Shown: piece by piece, positions 12,614-23,768 of the stretch
Position numbering within the stretch: the first letter of the stretch is position 1
Layout: each line of letters starts with the position of its first letter
DNA from: Eledone cirrhosa
Lineage: Eukaryota
Length of the DNA stretch: 64,000 nt
Assembly: GCA_964016885.1 (NCBI GenBank)
Contig: OZ024744.1
Location: 65,720,001 to 65,784,000 of the forward strand
Reading direction: 5' to 3'
Notes under the pieces: model-generated
The model's input: only the letters and a program-made list of their open reading frames with translations
The model's database searches: none
What the model was told of the DNA's origin: nothing
Translations under genes and position numbers: made by a program

Positions 12614-15600
12614 AGTGGGGCTGCCGCGAGATAGAGAGGGTTGTAGAGCTGCCATGGGAGGGAGACTGCCGGAAGTTGGGGACGCCTGACCGGAAGCAGG
12701 AGGACGGGGGGGGGGGCGACTTGAGAGACCAGGCAGTCAACAGGGACCTCTCGCCCATACGCCCTCGAAGGTGAACGAATGCCTCCGGCTACAACCTATT
12801 TTGGCGTTTCATGAAATTTCCCATCATTCGGCATTTTTACTCCTGGCACGGCAACCCTTTAGATTAGCTTTTTTTTTTTTTGTTCTCTTTCGAGGGGTAT
12901 CGTTGTTGATTTTTTTCCGATCTCACAGGGGAGATGGCAGCGAAACTGAGATTGAATAATGAGACGATCAAGGCTTTTAAGGGCGAAGGAGATGTTGTGA
13001 CCTGGTTGAGAAAAGTCACATTGGTCGCCTCGCTGCAAGGCATTGACAACATTGATGGTTTGATCGCTCTAATTCTCGATGGGGATGCCCTAGCACTGTA
13101 CCTCGAGATGGACGAGAGCGACCAACTGAACGTGTAGAAGATAGGGCAGCGACTTAAGGAAGCATTCACCGAGGTGCCGTACGTTGCTTTTGCCAAGCTA
13201 GACAGAGCGAGATGGCAGGGAGAGCACGTGGACGTGTTCGTGACAGAGTTACAGCGGTTGGCTACGTTGGCCGGATTCGCGGTAGAACATGAATGCGCCG
13301 TGCGGTTGGCTTTTATGAGCGGGTTCCCTGACGAAATCTCCGTGAAGCTCCAACAGCTGTCCGGCAACAGGGAGAGGAGCATGAGTGAGCACATCGCACA
13401 GGCCCGCGTAATAACACAGGACACGAGGTGGAGTGTTGCAGTGCTGGCATCGATGGAAGCCCATGGCAGTCGACAGCGACTGACGTATGACGAAAGGAGA
13501 CCAGCCGCTGTGAATAGTCGTCCGCGTGTGTTCGGAGGCCGGTGCTTCAGGTGCCCGGGCCCGCACATGGCAAGGGACTGCATAGAGCCAAAGCCAACTA
13601 TAGTCTGCTATCGCTGCAAATGACCAGGCCACATCACTAATAATTGCGATCAGGTGGAAGGGAAGCCATCGTGAGCACTCATGGACATGGGTTGCACGAC
13701 AACACTAGTGACCACGGAGGTGGTTAAAAAGTGGAGCGGGATGAGCAGTATAAGGGAGATTAGATGCAGAGGTACCAGCAAGGTGTCGATGGTGGTATGG
13801 GGAAGAAAAATTAGTCTTCGGGCGATCGTGATTGACCAGGTGGCGGACGGAATCGATGTAGTAATGGGCATGGACATGATTGGCTGCCTTGCAGGTGTTA
13901 CAGTGACTGAAGTCGGGGTGACATTTGGTAGCGAAAGGACATCATGTGCTGTGAGCATGCTGGGAGAATCCACAAAGAACAGGTCGATCCACAAAGAAAA
14001 TACCATACAGGACAAGGATTTCAGGGCGGTGTTCGATGGGCAGTGGTTGGTAGTTGAGTGGTACTGGAAGGGAGAGCCACCAACGCAGAAGAACAGAGTG
14101 GGCTGCTATCAGCATACTCTGAAAGGAAATGCCAGAAACGAGTTTGAGGGAGAGGTACAGAGATGGATCGAGGAGGGTATACTGCTTCCTTGGAAGGAGG
14201 AGGTAAAGTGTGGAGTGTTGTCACTGATGGCAGTGGTGCAGCCCACGAAGAACAAGGTTAGGCCGGTGCTGGACTTTCGTGAGTCGAACGAACACGTGTC
14301 ATGCCACACAGGCGGTGAGGTCACGGATGTTTGCGGGGAAACTTTGTGAGAATGGAGACGAATGACAGGGGCCTCCACGATTGTCGACTTAAAGTCGGCA
14401 TATCTGCAGTTACACGTGGATGAGAAGCTGTGGAAATATCAGCTGGTCAGGTTTAAGGGCCAGACATACTGCCTGACCAGGTTTGGCTTTGGGTTGAACT
14501 CTGCGCCAAAAATCATGGCGACGGCCCTCAAGGCCATTCTGGGGAAAGCGGACAAGGGGAAGAGGGCCACCAACTCCTACATCGACATCTTGGTGGACGA
14601 GACAGTGGTGTCAGCAGCAGAAGTCTCAGGCCACTTGGGAAGGTTCGGGCTGACTGTGAAACCGTCGGAGGCGATGGAAGGAGAAGTCGCGCTAGGACTC
14701 AGGTTGCAAAGGGATAAGACGGGCACACTCATGTTTCAGACGGGTAACGTAGTCCCGGAACTGGGCTCCAATATGAATAGACGGGAACTCTTCTCAATGT
14801 GGTAAATTGGTGGGGCACTATCCAATTGCAGGGTGGCTCCGGACGGCATGCAGCTATGTCAAGAGACGAGCAGACGGAGTGAGCTGGTCTGACAGGGTTG
14901 AAGAGAGGACAGTGGCCATGATGCAGGAAATCGTGGAGAGGGTAAAGGTGGATGACCCAGTGAAAGGACGCTGATACGTCCCCAAATCGGAGAGCGGAAC
15001 CATATGGTGTGATTTTCAGCAGCATAGCACTAGGGGCCACTCTGGAGATAGGAGGCATCGAGGTCGAGGATGCAGCCTGGCTCAGGAAGGAGGAGGACTA
15101 CAACCACATCAACGTGGCTGAACTGGATGCTGTGCTGAGAGAGGTGAATCTCGCCCTGAAATAGGGGCTGCGCACCATAGCAACCCACACTGACTTGGCC
15201 ACTGTACTTGGGTGGGTGAGAGGAGGGTGCGAACGAGAGGGGCAGCAGAAATGTTGATAAAGCGCCACCTGGGAGAGCTGTCCATTGAGTTCGGCCTGGA
15301 GTTGAGTGTGGTTTTTGTGCCCTTAGAGAAAAACAGGGCAGACGTATTAACCAGGGTGAAGAAAGCCTGGCTGGAAACGTGAGGGGACACAGAGAAGGGG
15401 ATAGCGGCAGTGTGTCGGCTGAGTGATTCGGAGTTGAGGGGACTGCACGCCATGCACCACATGGAGGTGGATAGGACTGTTCCTAGCCAGAAGAATCTAC
15501 TCTGAGTGTCCAGAGAGTGGTCGGAGGTTGCGACAGATGCCAGTATATCGACCCTGCCCCGGGTGTGCACGAGACAGGAAGCATCCTGTCTCGTGCACAC

Positions 15601-16595
15601 CCGGCGATTGTAGCGATTAGCGGTGGACGTGGCACACTACCGACAAGGAACGTATCTTTCGATTGTCGATTGTGGGCCAGGGGCGGATGGCGATATGGAG
15701 GGAAATGAAGACAGGGACTGCGGAGGAAATCGTGTGGACGCTGAGAGAGATATTCTTGGAGTGGGGCCCTGTGGATGAACTGCTGATGGACAACAGCAGA
15801 TGTTTCGCTAGGAGGCGCTGAGGAAAATGCTTCACAAGTGGAAGGCGAACCGCTTCTTCAGAGCGGCATACAGGCCAAGTGGAAATGGGATCGTGGAGAG
15901 ACATCATCGCACGATCAAGGCCATGGCGAAAAAGGGGCACATTTCGCCAACGGAGGCAGTGTTCTGGTACCACACAGGGCAATATACAGATATGAATGGC
16001 GACACCCGTGCACGGTACCACAGCAGCCGGCTGGAGGAGAGAGAGAGCGCATTCGTATGAGTGGGCGAAGAGGTATGGGTCAAGCCCCCAAACGTGCATT
16101 GCATATATCAATGGGGAAAGGGAATGGTAACCGCCGTAAATTCCCAAAACAACATGTCTGTGGATGGAATGTCACGTCATGTCTTGGACATCCGTAGAGT
16201 CGTTGGGGTGACGGACTCCGAGGAAGAGGAAAGTGCCGCCCCAACAGTGTGGAGATCGTAAGAGAGCCGCCGCCAACCTAGGAGGATGGCGGATTTTGAG
16301 ATGGAGCAGTGTGGTGGGTGGGGGGGGGGACTGATTCTTGAGATCAGGGGGGCGTGTGGGGCTGCCGTGAGATAGAGAGGGGTGTAGAGCTGCTGTGGGA
16401 GGGGGATTGCCGGAAGTTGGGGGACGCCCTGACCAGAAGCAGGAGGACGGGGGCAATTCGAGCGACCAGGCGGTCAACAGGGGCCTCTCAGCCATACGCC
16501 CTCAAAGTGACGGACGTGCGAAGACAGACGCAAGTGGGAAGTACCCCCATGTGGACCAGAGAGACGCAAGGTATGTCCGAATGCCTCCGGCTACA
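12614..16595 (+). mobile_element. Compact Gypsy-order LTR retrotransposon (gag-PR-RT-RH-IN), degenerate
   Basis: LTRs at 12614-12793 (internally deleted) and 16355-16595 (TG...CA), 5-bp TSD AAAAT, G-rich PPT before 16355, and coding remnants in Gypsy order. Confidence 0.92.
12934..16260 (+). pseudogene. gag-pol of LTR element 1, with stops and frameshifts
   Basis: Two CCHC knuckles (CFRCPGPHMARDC; CYRCK*PGHITNNC), protease LMDMGC, RT RPVLDFRE / DLKSAYLQL / FGLNSAP / SYID, RNase H HINVAELDA, integrase H-H...CDRC and AAYRPSGNGIVER. Confidence 0.9.
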
Positions 16596-17540
16596 AAAAT
16601 GGAAATAATTTTCTCGAAAACTTTACAACTTAGCATATATGTACAATGTTGAAAATTTGCATATGGCTTTGTTATTGATCATTAGCTATTAGTACAATAT
16701 ATACACCTACTGCTGCAATGTATAGATCTTGATATTATCAGTAAAATAGATACATTTATTAATGGTACTGCTGTTAATTACACAATGGTCTCTCTTTCTT
16801 TTTTCAACTCTTTAGACAGAAAGAAAAGGGCACTGCTCATGATCCTTTATTTTTTTCAGAGGCTCTAAAACTGTTGAGAAAAGGATTGTTATCTTCAAAC
16901 CCTGGTGGTAGTATAACAATTTTGATTTAACTAGGTGGAGTTTTGGTCGTTCACTTTTTTACTGTATTGGATCAATGAGAGAATATTTATCTCAAATGTA
17001 AATGTGCATTGGTTATAAACAGAACTCAAATCTCTCCCCCCACTCTCTCTCTTGCCTGGTCACATGAAAAAAATGGCTAACTTTGAAATATCAACTCTGA
17101 TATGTGTGGGTATGGTGTGGTGTGCGGTGGCCGGAGGCTGGGGAGTGCTCGACTGGAAGAGTGCTTGACCGGAAGGGTGCTCGACCGGAAGGGCCAGCAG
17201 GTCTGCCTCTCTCTAGGGTGGTCAGCGAACGTGGCGGATGACAGTTTTGGAGTTCCCGGTTAACGAGTTGGATTGTACGCATGTGGGAGAGGAGAAACCA
17301 GCCATTGGATTAGCGGTGCCAGCGAAAGTGGTAAGTGAAGTAGCTTTTTCTAACCACAATATGACAATCACCAGAAAGCCCATATTAGCCATATTAAAGA
17401 AAACCACAAGCTATTTCGACACTGGAAACTGAAATCTGATTGATCAAAAAAAAAAGACAACTTTCTTGAAAACAAAGCTACTGGAAAAACAGAGAGGAGT
17501 CTGTTGTTTTTTATTACTTACCGCAGGACAAAATTAGGAT

Positions 17541-18287
17541 ATGGCGACGAGATTACGAATGGGCGGAGAAGCGATTAGAGCATTTACCGGTGAAGGCGAT
17601 GTTGTCGCTTGGCTGCGAAAAGTCCGGCTGGTCGCAAGCTTACAGAAGATAGAAGATGTGGCTGGCCTCATGGCACTGTACCTCGAGGGGGATGCGTTGG
17701 CACTCTTCCTAGAGATGGATGAACACAGCCAAAGAGATTCGCAAAAGATTGAGAGGCGTATGATGGAAGCGTTCGCGGAAGGACCGTTAGCCGCTTTTGC
17801 TAGGCTGGCAAGGATTAGATGGAATGGTGAACGCATTGACATTTTCGCAGCGGAAATACGGCGATTGGCCATGTTGGCTGGATATCAAGTGGAATGCGAA
17901 CGCACGGTGCAGTTGGCGTTCATAAATGGATTTCCAGACGACATAGCGGTGAAACTGCAGCAAGTCCCGGGTTACAAGGAAATGGAGATGCATGCACTGG
18001 TGGAGCAAGCCCGCATCATAGCAGAAGATGCCAAGAAGAGTGTCGCGGCGATAGCAACTACAGAGGCTCAAGACAGCTGGCAGCGAAATGGTGAAAGGGA
18101 GGCAACCACGGTACGTTTAGAGGTCACTGTTTTAGGTGCCAGGGCCCGCACATGGCGAGAGACTGTAGAGTCAAGGCCGGACAAAATATGCTACTGGTGT
18201 AAGCGACAAGGCCACATCGCTGCTAGCTGCGACCAGGGAAACGATCCAAGGGGAACTACTGCGCCGGTAGCTGCGCCTTACGAGTAG
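17541..18287 (+). CDS. Gag of LTR element 2 (first zinc knuckle shifted into another frame)
   Basis: 248-aa ORF aligning with element 1 gag. CYWCKRQGHIAASC knuckle in frame; CFRCQGPHMARDC present in an alternative frame. Confidence 0.8.
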   Translation: MATRLRMGGEAIRAFTGEGDVVAWLRKVRLVASLQKIEDVAGLMALYLEGDALALFLEMDEHSQRDSQKIERRMMEAFAEGPLAAFARLARIRWNGERIDIFAAEIRRLAMLAGYQVECERTVQLAFINGFPDDIAVKLQQVPGYKEMEMHALVEQARIIAEDAKKSVAAIATTEAQDSWQRNGEREATTVRLEVTVLGARARTWRETVESRPDKICYWCKRQGHIAASCDQGNDPRGTTAPVAAPYE

Positions 18288-18293
18288 AGGCGC
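18236..18293 (+). promoter_or_regulatory. Predicted -1 ribosomal frameshift signal
   Basis: G_GGA_AAC heptamer in gag phase, -1 frame open into the protease, and downstream ctact/ggtag and gcgcc/ggcgc pairings. Confidence 0.7.
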
Positions 18294-19915
18294 TGCCCGT
18301 GGTGAAAGTTTTCCTGAGGGGAAAGCCACAGCGAGCCCTCATGGACACGGGCTGTACGACGACACTGGTGACCGCGGGGGTGGCGCAGAGGTGGAGAGGG
18401 AAGAGCAGCGTAAGGGCAGTCAACGGTAGGAAAATTGAATGCTGAGGTCGCAACGAGGTGGAGATGGCGGTACGGGGAAAGAAAATAAGGCTTTCTGCCA
18501 TAGTAGTCGATGGGATTGGCATAGTTGGTGGATGGGATTGGCATAGTTATGGGCATGGACGCAATTGGCCGTCTAGGAGGCGTCACAGTGAACAACGTCG
18601 GTGTGTCATTTGACGGCGCCGCATTGGTATGCGCTGTGAGTACGCGACAGGAGAACCAGAAGGCCCACGAGGAGAAATATCCCGCTTACACTGTACAGGA
18701 CAAAGACTTCAAGGCCGTGTTCGATGGGCAGCGATGGGTTGTTGAGTGGTACTGGAAGAGAGAACCACCAACACTGAAGACCAAAGTGGGCTGCTATCAA
18801 CACACATTGAAGGGAGACATTAGGAGCGAGTTCGAGCGAGAGGTAGAGAGATGGATTGAGGAGGGCATACTGCTTCCCTGGAAAGAGGAGGTGAAGTGCG
18901 GAGTATTGCAGTTAATGGCGGTGGCGCAAACCATGAAGAACAAGGTGAGGCCGGTACTGGACTTTCGGGAGCTGAACGAGCACGTGTCATGCCACATTGG
19001 TGGCGAGGTCACGGATGTCTGTGGGGAAACCCTGCGTGAGTGGAGACGCATGACGGGGCTTCCGCAATCGTCAATCTAAAGTCGGCATACTTGCAATTGC
19101 ATATAGATGAGAAACTCTGGCAGTATCAGCTGGTCAGGTATAAGGGCCGGACATATTGCCTGACCAGGCTCGGTTTCGAGCTGAGCTCTGCACCGAAGAT
19201 CATGGCGGTGGTCCTCAAGACCATTCTGGGAAAAGCCGACAAGATGAAGACTGGAACGGCTGAGGAAATCATGCGGACGTTGAGAGAGGTGTTCTTGGAG
19301 CGGGGCCCTATGGACGAACTGCTGATGGACAACAGCGCAGCGTTCCGCTCCAAGGCGCTGAGGGAGATGCTCGATGGATGGAAGGTGGACCGTTTCTTCA
19401 GAGCAGCGTACAGGCCGAGTGGAAATGGAATCATGGAGCGATACCACCGGACGATCAAAGCAATGGCGGAACGGGGCCACATCTCACCAATGGAGGCAGT
19501 GTTCTGGTACAACATGTCTCCTTGGGGGGGACAGGTTGAGGAATCGGTGCCACACAGAGCAGTATTCAGATACGAGTGGCAGCACCCGTGCACACCACCA
19601 CAGCGGCCAGTGGGGAGAGAGAATGCATTTGTGCAGGTGGGCGAAGAAGTCTGGGTTAAGCCCCCAGATGCACGTTGCACATCTCAATGGTGAAGGGGAA
19701 CGGTGACAGCCGTAAATTCCCAGAACAATGTGTCCATGGATGGAGTACCACGTCATGTCCTGGATGTCCATAGAATTAGTGTGTCAACGGACTCCGAGGA
19801 AGAGGAAATCCAAAGTGCCGCCCCAACACTGCGGAGATCACAAAGAAGTCGTAAACCACCAACCTGGACAGCAGACTTTCATATGCAGCAGGACGAGGGG
19901 GAAATTGATCCTTGA
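18236..19915 (+). pseudogene. pol of LTR element 2 (PR, partial RT fused to integrase core)
   Basis: LMDTGC protease and RT motifs as far as GKADK, then directly MKTGTAEEI...LMDN...GNGIMER. YxDD, RNase H and HHCC are missing. Confidence 0.85.
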
Positions 19916-21539
19916 GATAGGGGGGTGGGGTGGGGGGGGGGTGCGGTGGCCGGAGGCTGGGGAGTGCTCGACCCGAAGAGTGCTTGACCGGAAGGGTGCT
20001 TGACCGGAAGGGCCAGCAGGTCTGCCTCTCTCTAGGGTGGTCAGCGGATGTCAGTTTTGGAGCTCCCGATTAACGAGTTGGATTGTACGTACATGGGAGA
20101 GGAGAAACCAGCCATTGGATTAGCGGTGCCAGCGAAAGTGGTAAGTGAAGTAGCTTTTTCTAACCACAATATGACAATCACCAGAAAGCCCATATTAGCC
20201 ATATTAAAGAAAACCCCAAACTAAAATTTATAAACTATTTCACTCTTTACAAACCAACTCAATAGTAGCTAAGTCACATAAGCTCCTATATTTATACATT
20301 CATTAATGCCATTGTTCACTCACTTTCTATAAAGTTACATGTATATAAGTACATACATGATGCAAACCCATTTTTATGGAACCCCACACATCATGTAGAC
20401 CTAACTGCATCTTGTGCATTCATCGTGCAGACCCACTGGCATCTTGCATTCTCATCATGCAGATTTACTTGCATCATGTACATGCATTAAGCAGACATAT
20501 ACTTATTACTCATACATTATGGTAATCCTTGCTCACACATTATGCAGACCTCACTTGCATATTGTGTGTACATCATATAGCTAACTTTTATCTAGTATCA
20601 TCATTATCACCACCATTTAACGTCCATTTTTCCACACTGGTATGGGTTAGACGAGTTATCCTGCTGTGAGCAATGTCAGGTCAGGTGACTATGTCTTACT
20701 CATACAGAACTGTACATTGTATTTTCTATTGATTTTTTTGCTGACTTACCAACTGTAATACCCACCACTTTTTGTAGATTCTTTTTGTTATATTCACTTC
20801 TTTCGATGTATTTGATCACCATTTGGTTTTTGGTTTTCACTATCATTTGTTTGAAGGATTTTCATATCAAGTATTATGGACTACTTCCAAATGTTGTTAA
20901 GATGACAATGATATGATTGTGGGTTTTGCTTGTTTGAAACAAACTCTTCAAGAACATAAGTACCAGCAACCAAACCTGGCTAAAATGCACTCATGACAAA
21001 GAAACAGTCCTGCATGCACTTGTTCTGTATCTATGCATTGCTGACTCATGAGCTTGTGCTTAACAACAGCTATTACATGTATGAATCTGGCTCTCAGTTG
21101 AGTCTGTTGTGAAGATCACTCCACCATTTTCCTTTAGAATAGAAGGTCAGCTGTGGTGGATGTAGTTAACAGATTTGAGGTCAGGAATTTTTCTCTCTGG
21201 CTTTTATCAAATTATTTAAGTTGTATTCGAAGAGGGAGAAGGGAGCCTAATCCTCCAGTTTATTTTAAGGTAGGTGAGATTAGTTACATTAATAGGGCTA
21301 AATGGACCTACTCTGATAAAAATACTATAATCAGGAAGTGGGCCCATTTGTCTTTGATGTGTCAGAATAATCTGGATGCGGATGCCTCGAATAAGTTTAA
21401 GACTGTTTTCTCTCTTAATAGGAACATTGTCCTTTTGACATTTTTCTTATATATTGTTTTTGTTCAATTTTGTCTTCTTTCTACACAATGTAAACTCCCA
21501 ATATTATATATTTCATCCTTGTACTGACCCTAACACCTG

Positions 21540-22205
21540 CCTTTTTGCACTTGGTGTTCGATAAAATGAGTACCAGTAAAGTAATTGAGTCTATATTATC
21601 AACTATTTCCTCCCCCTAAAATTGCTTTTCTTGTGCCAAAATTAGAAACAACTGTTATTGGGGCAAATCATACTAAGGTCAATTTTGTTTTTTATCCTTC
21701 TGGAGTCAGTAAAATAAAGTACCAGTTAAGTATTAAGGTTGATATAATCCTCTTATCCCTACTCCCAAATTTGATGGTCTTGTACCTAAATAAGAAATCA
21801 TTATTATGTCGGACGCCATGCTTTGCTGCAAAGAGTTACGGCCCTTTATGGTCTGAGTTCAAATCCCACCAAGGTTAACTTTGCCTTTCATCCTTACGGG
21901 GTCGATAGAATAAAGTAACAGTAATGTACTGGGTAATTGCTGGCCTTGTGCCAAAAGTAGAAACAATTATTATTTGGCAGTATCAATAGAACAGCAGACA
22001 CCATGCTTTGCAGTGTAGAGTTATGGCCTTTTACAGTCTGAGTTCAAATCCTGCTGGGGTTAGTTTTGCCTTTCATCCTTATGAGGTCGATTAAATAACA
22101 TACCAGTCATGCACTGGGGTAGATTTTATCGACTTCCCCCTCTCCCAAATTGCTGACCTTATGCCAAAAATAGAAACAATTATTATTAGAAACAATTATT
22201 ATTAC
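21540..22205 (+). mobile_element. Head-to-tail cluster of about four family A SINE pieces
   Basis: Repeated core and tail motifs, each copy starting after the previous ATT tail. Confidence 0.8.
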
Positions 22206-22209
22206 CAAA

Positions 22210-23262
22210 TAAGAGATGTAGTGGGATCTCAAGCAGTCTAGCAAAGAACATAGGTTTTATATGTGGTTCATGCAGAGGAGTAGTAAGCAATAGCTCACAT
22301 GAAATAAGCTCCATCAAATGCTCAGAAGTAGTTGACTGCTTCTGTTACCTAAGTGATCAAATTAGCAGTGGAGGTGGGTGTTTTAAAAGTACAGAATGAG
22401 ATCAGAAGGGAAAACGTTTAGGTAACTGCTACCATGGCTGGTTACAAAAGGTTTCTCACTCAAAATAAAAGGCAGACTATACGATGTTTGTGTATGAACA
22501 GCAATGTTGCATGGTAGTGAGACCTGAGTACAGAGGACCTATGAAGATTGGAAAGAAATGAAGCTTGTATGCTTTACTGTAGAAGACCCTCCTTCCCATG
22601 CACACAGGGTGAAGCAAAAATCGAGATGACACTAGTCTGCATCAGTCTTCATGCCCCGTCCCACCTCACTCATATACTTTCCCACACCTTAATGATCACC
22701 TATTCCCCGCCTGCATACTCGCCCCCCCCCCCCCACACACACACATACACACCTGATTCACCACCTGTCTAACCCATGCATACAAGGATTGAAAGTTGGA
22801 CATGCTTAACACCTGTTCTCCCACAGTTATACCACTACAACAAAAACCACTGTAAGGTGCTTGTGCTTATGACAAAAAAAAAACAACCTGTCTACACAAT
22901 AAGGCAGTTGTGCTTGTCACATGACAAAATACACCCAATCCTCCTTGTAAGGTGTTCATGCTGGTAACATGACAAAAAAAGTATCCAGTCCACCTCATAG
23001 GTGGTTGTGTTGGTGCCACGCTGAAAAAGCACGCAGTCCACCCTGTAATGGTGGTCGTACTGGTGTCATGATAAAAAATACCCAGTCCTTGCTGTAATGT
23101 GGTTGGTGTTAGGAAAGGCATCCTGCCACAGAAACCAAGCCAGAAGCAGCTCCGTATAAACAAGACATGGTCACCTGACCTGACTTGTCTCACAATGTGA
23201 CTACCCCTCTAATCCATGAAAATGTGGAAAATAGATGTTAAATGGTGATGATGATGATGATT
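22210..23262 (+). mobile_element. Degenerate RTE 3' portion
   Basis: FCYLSDQISSGGG and MLHGSET remnants, 48-bp UTR units, (GAT)n tail. Confidence 0.75.
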
Positions 23263-23768
23263 ATCCTCCTCCTCCTCCTATTCATCATCATTACCACCAT
23301 CATCATCCATTATTATTATTATTTCTGTCAATACAAGCTGTGAGTATGAAAAGAACCGTCATTTGTTTAGTTGTGTAAGGTTTTATTATTAAGTAAATCC
23401 CACCGAGATTAGCTTTGCCTTTCATTCTTACGTCGGTCTATAAAATAAAGTACCAGTAACACACTGGCGTCAATTTAATCAAATTTCTCCTTCCCTTCAA
23501 ATTACTGACCTTATGCCAAAAGTAAAAACAATTATGCATTTGTGTTATGTATTTTGGTGTTGATATGATTGTGAAAAGAGAGGACTGGTCATTCAATTTT
23601 GTTAGCTTCATACTGAAATAATTTTTCTAAAAGATCTTGGTTATAACATTTTTTTTTAAAAATTATATTTTCACAAAATGGCTGTATGTGACAAAAAAAG
23701 AGGGGTGATGGGAGAACATTCACAGTGATGGATGGTAAGTATGGATGAGATTCTATGCTTTATACTCT

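Larger units (their letters stand above)
17123..20218 (+). mobile_element. Second compact LTR retrotransposon of the same lineage, internally deleted
   Basis: Closely similar LTRs at 17123-17408 and 19942-20218 (TG...CA), poly-G PPT, proteins homologous to element 1 but unrelated-looking LTRs. No TSD seen. Confidence 0.92.

Noticed and set aside
12864-13583. 239-aa antisense ORF over gag, and similar antisense ORFs in both LTR elements
   Set aside because: Shadow frames of GC-rich coding sequence, not conserved as one ORF between the two elements.
17118-20223. TSD for LTR element 2
   Set aside because: The flanks (tggtg versus aacta) do not match.
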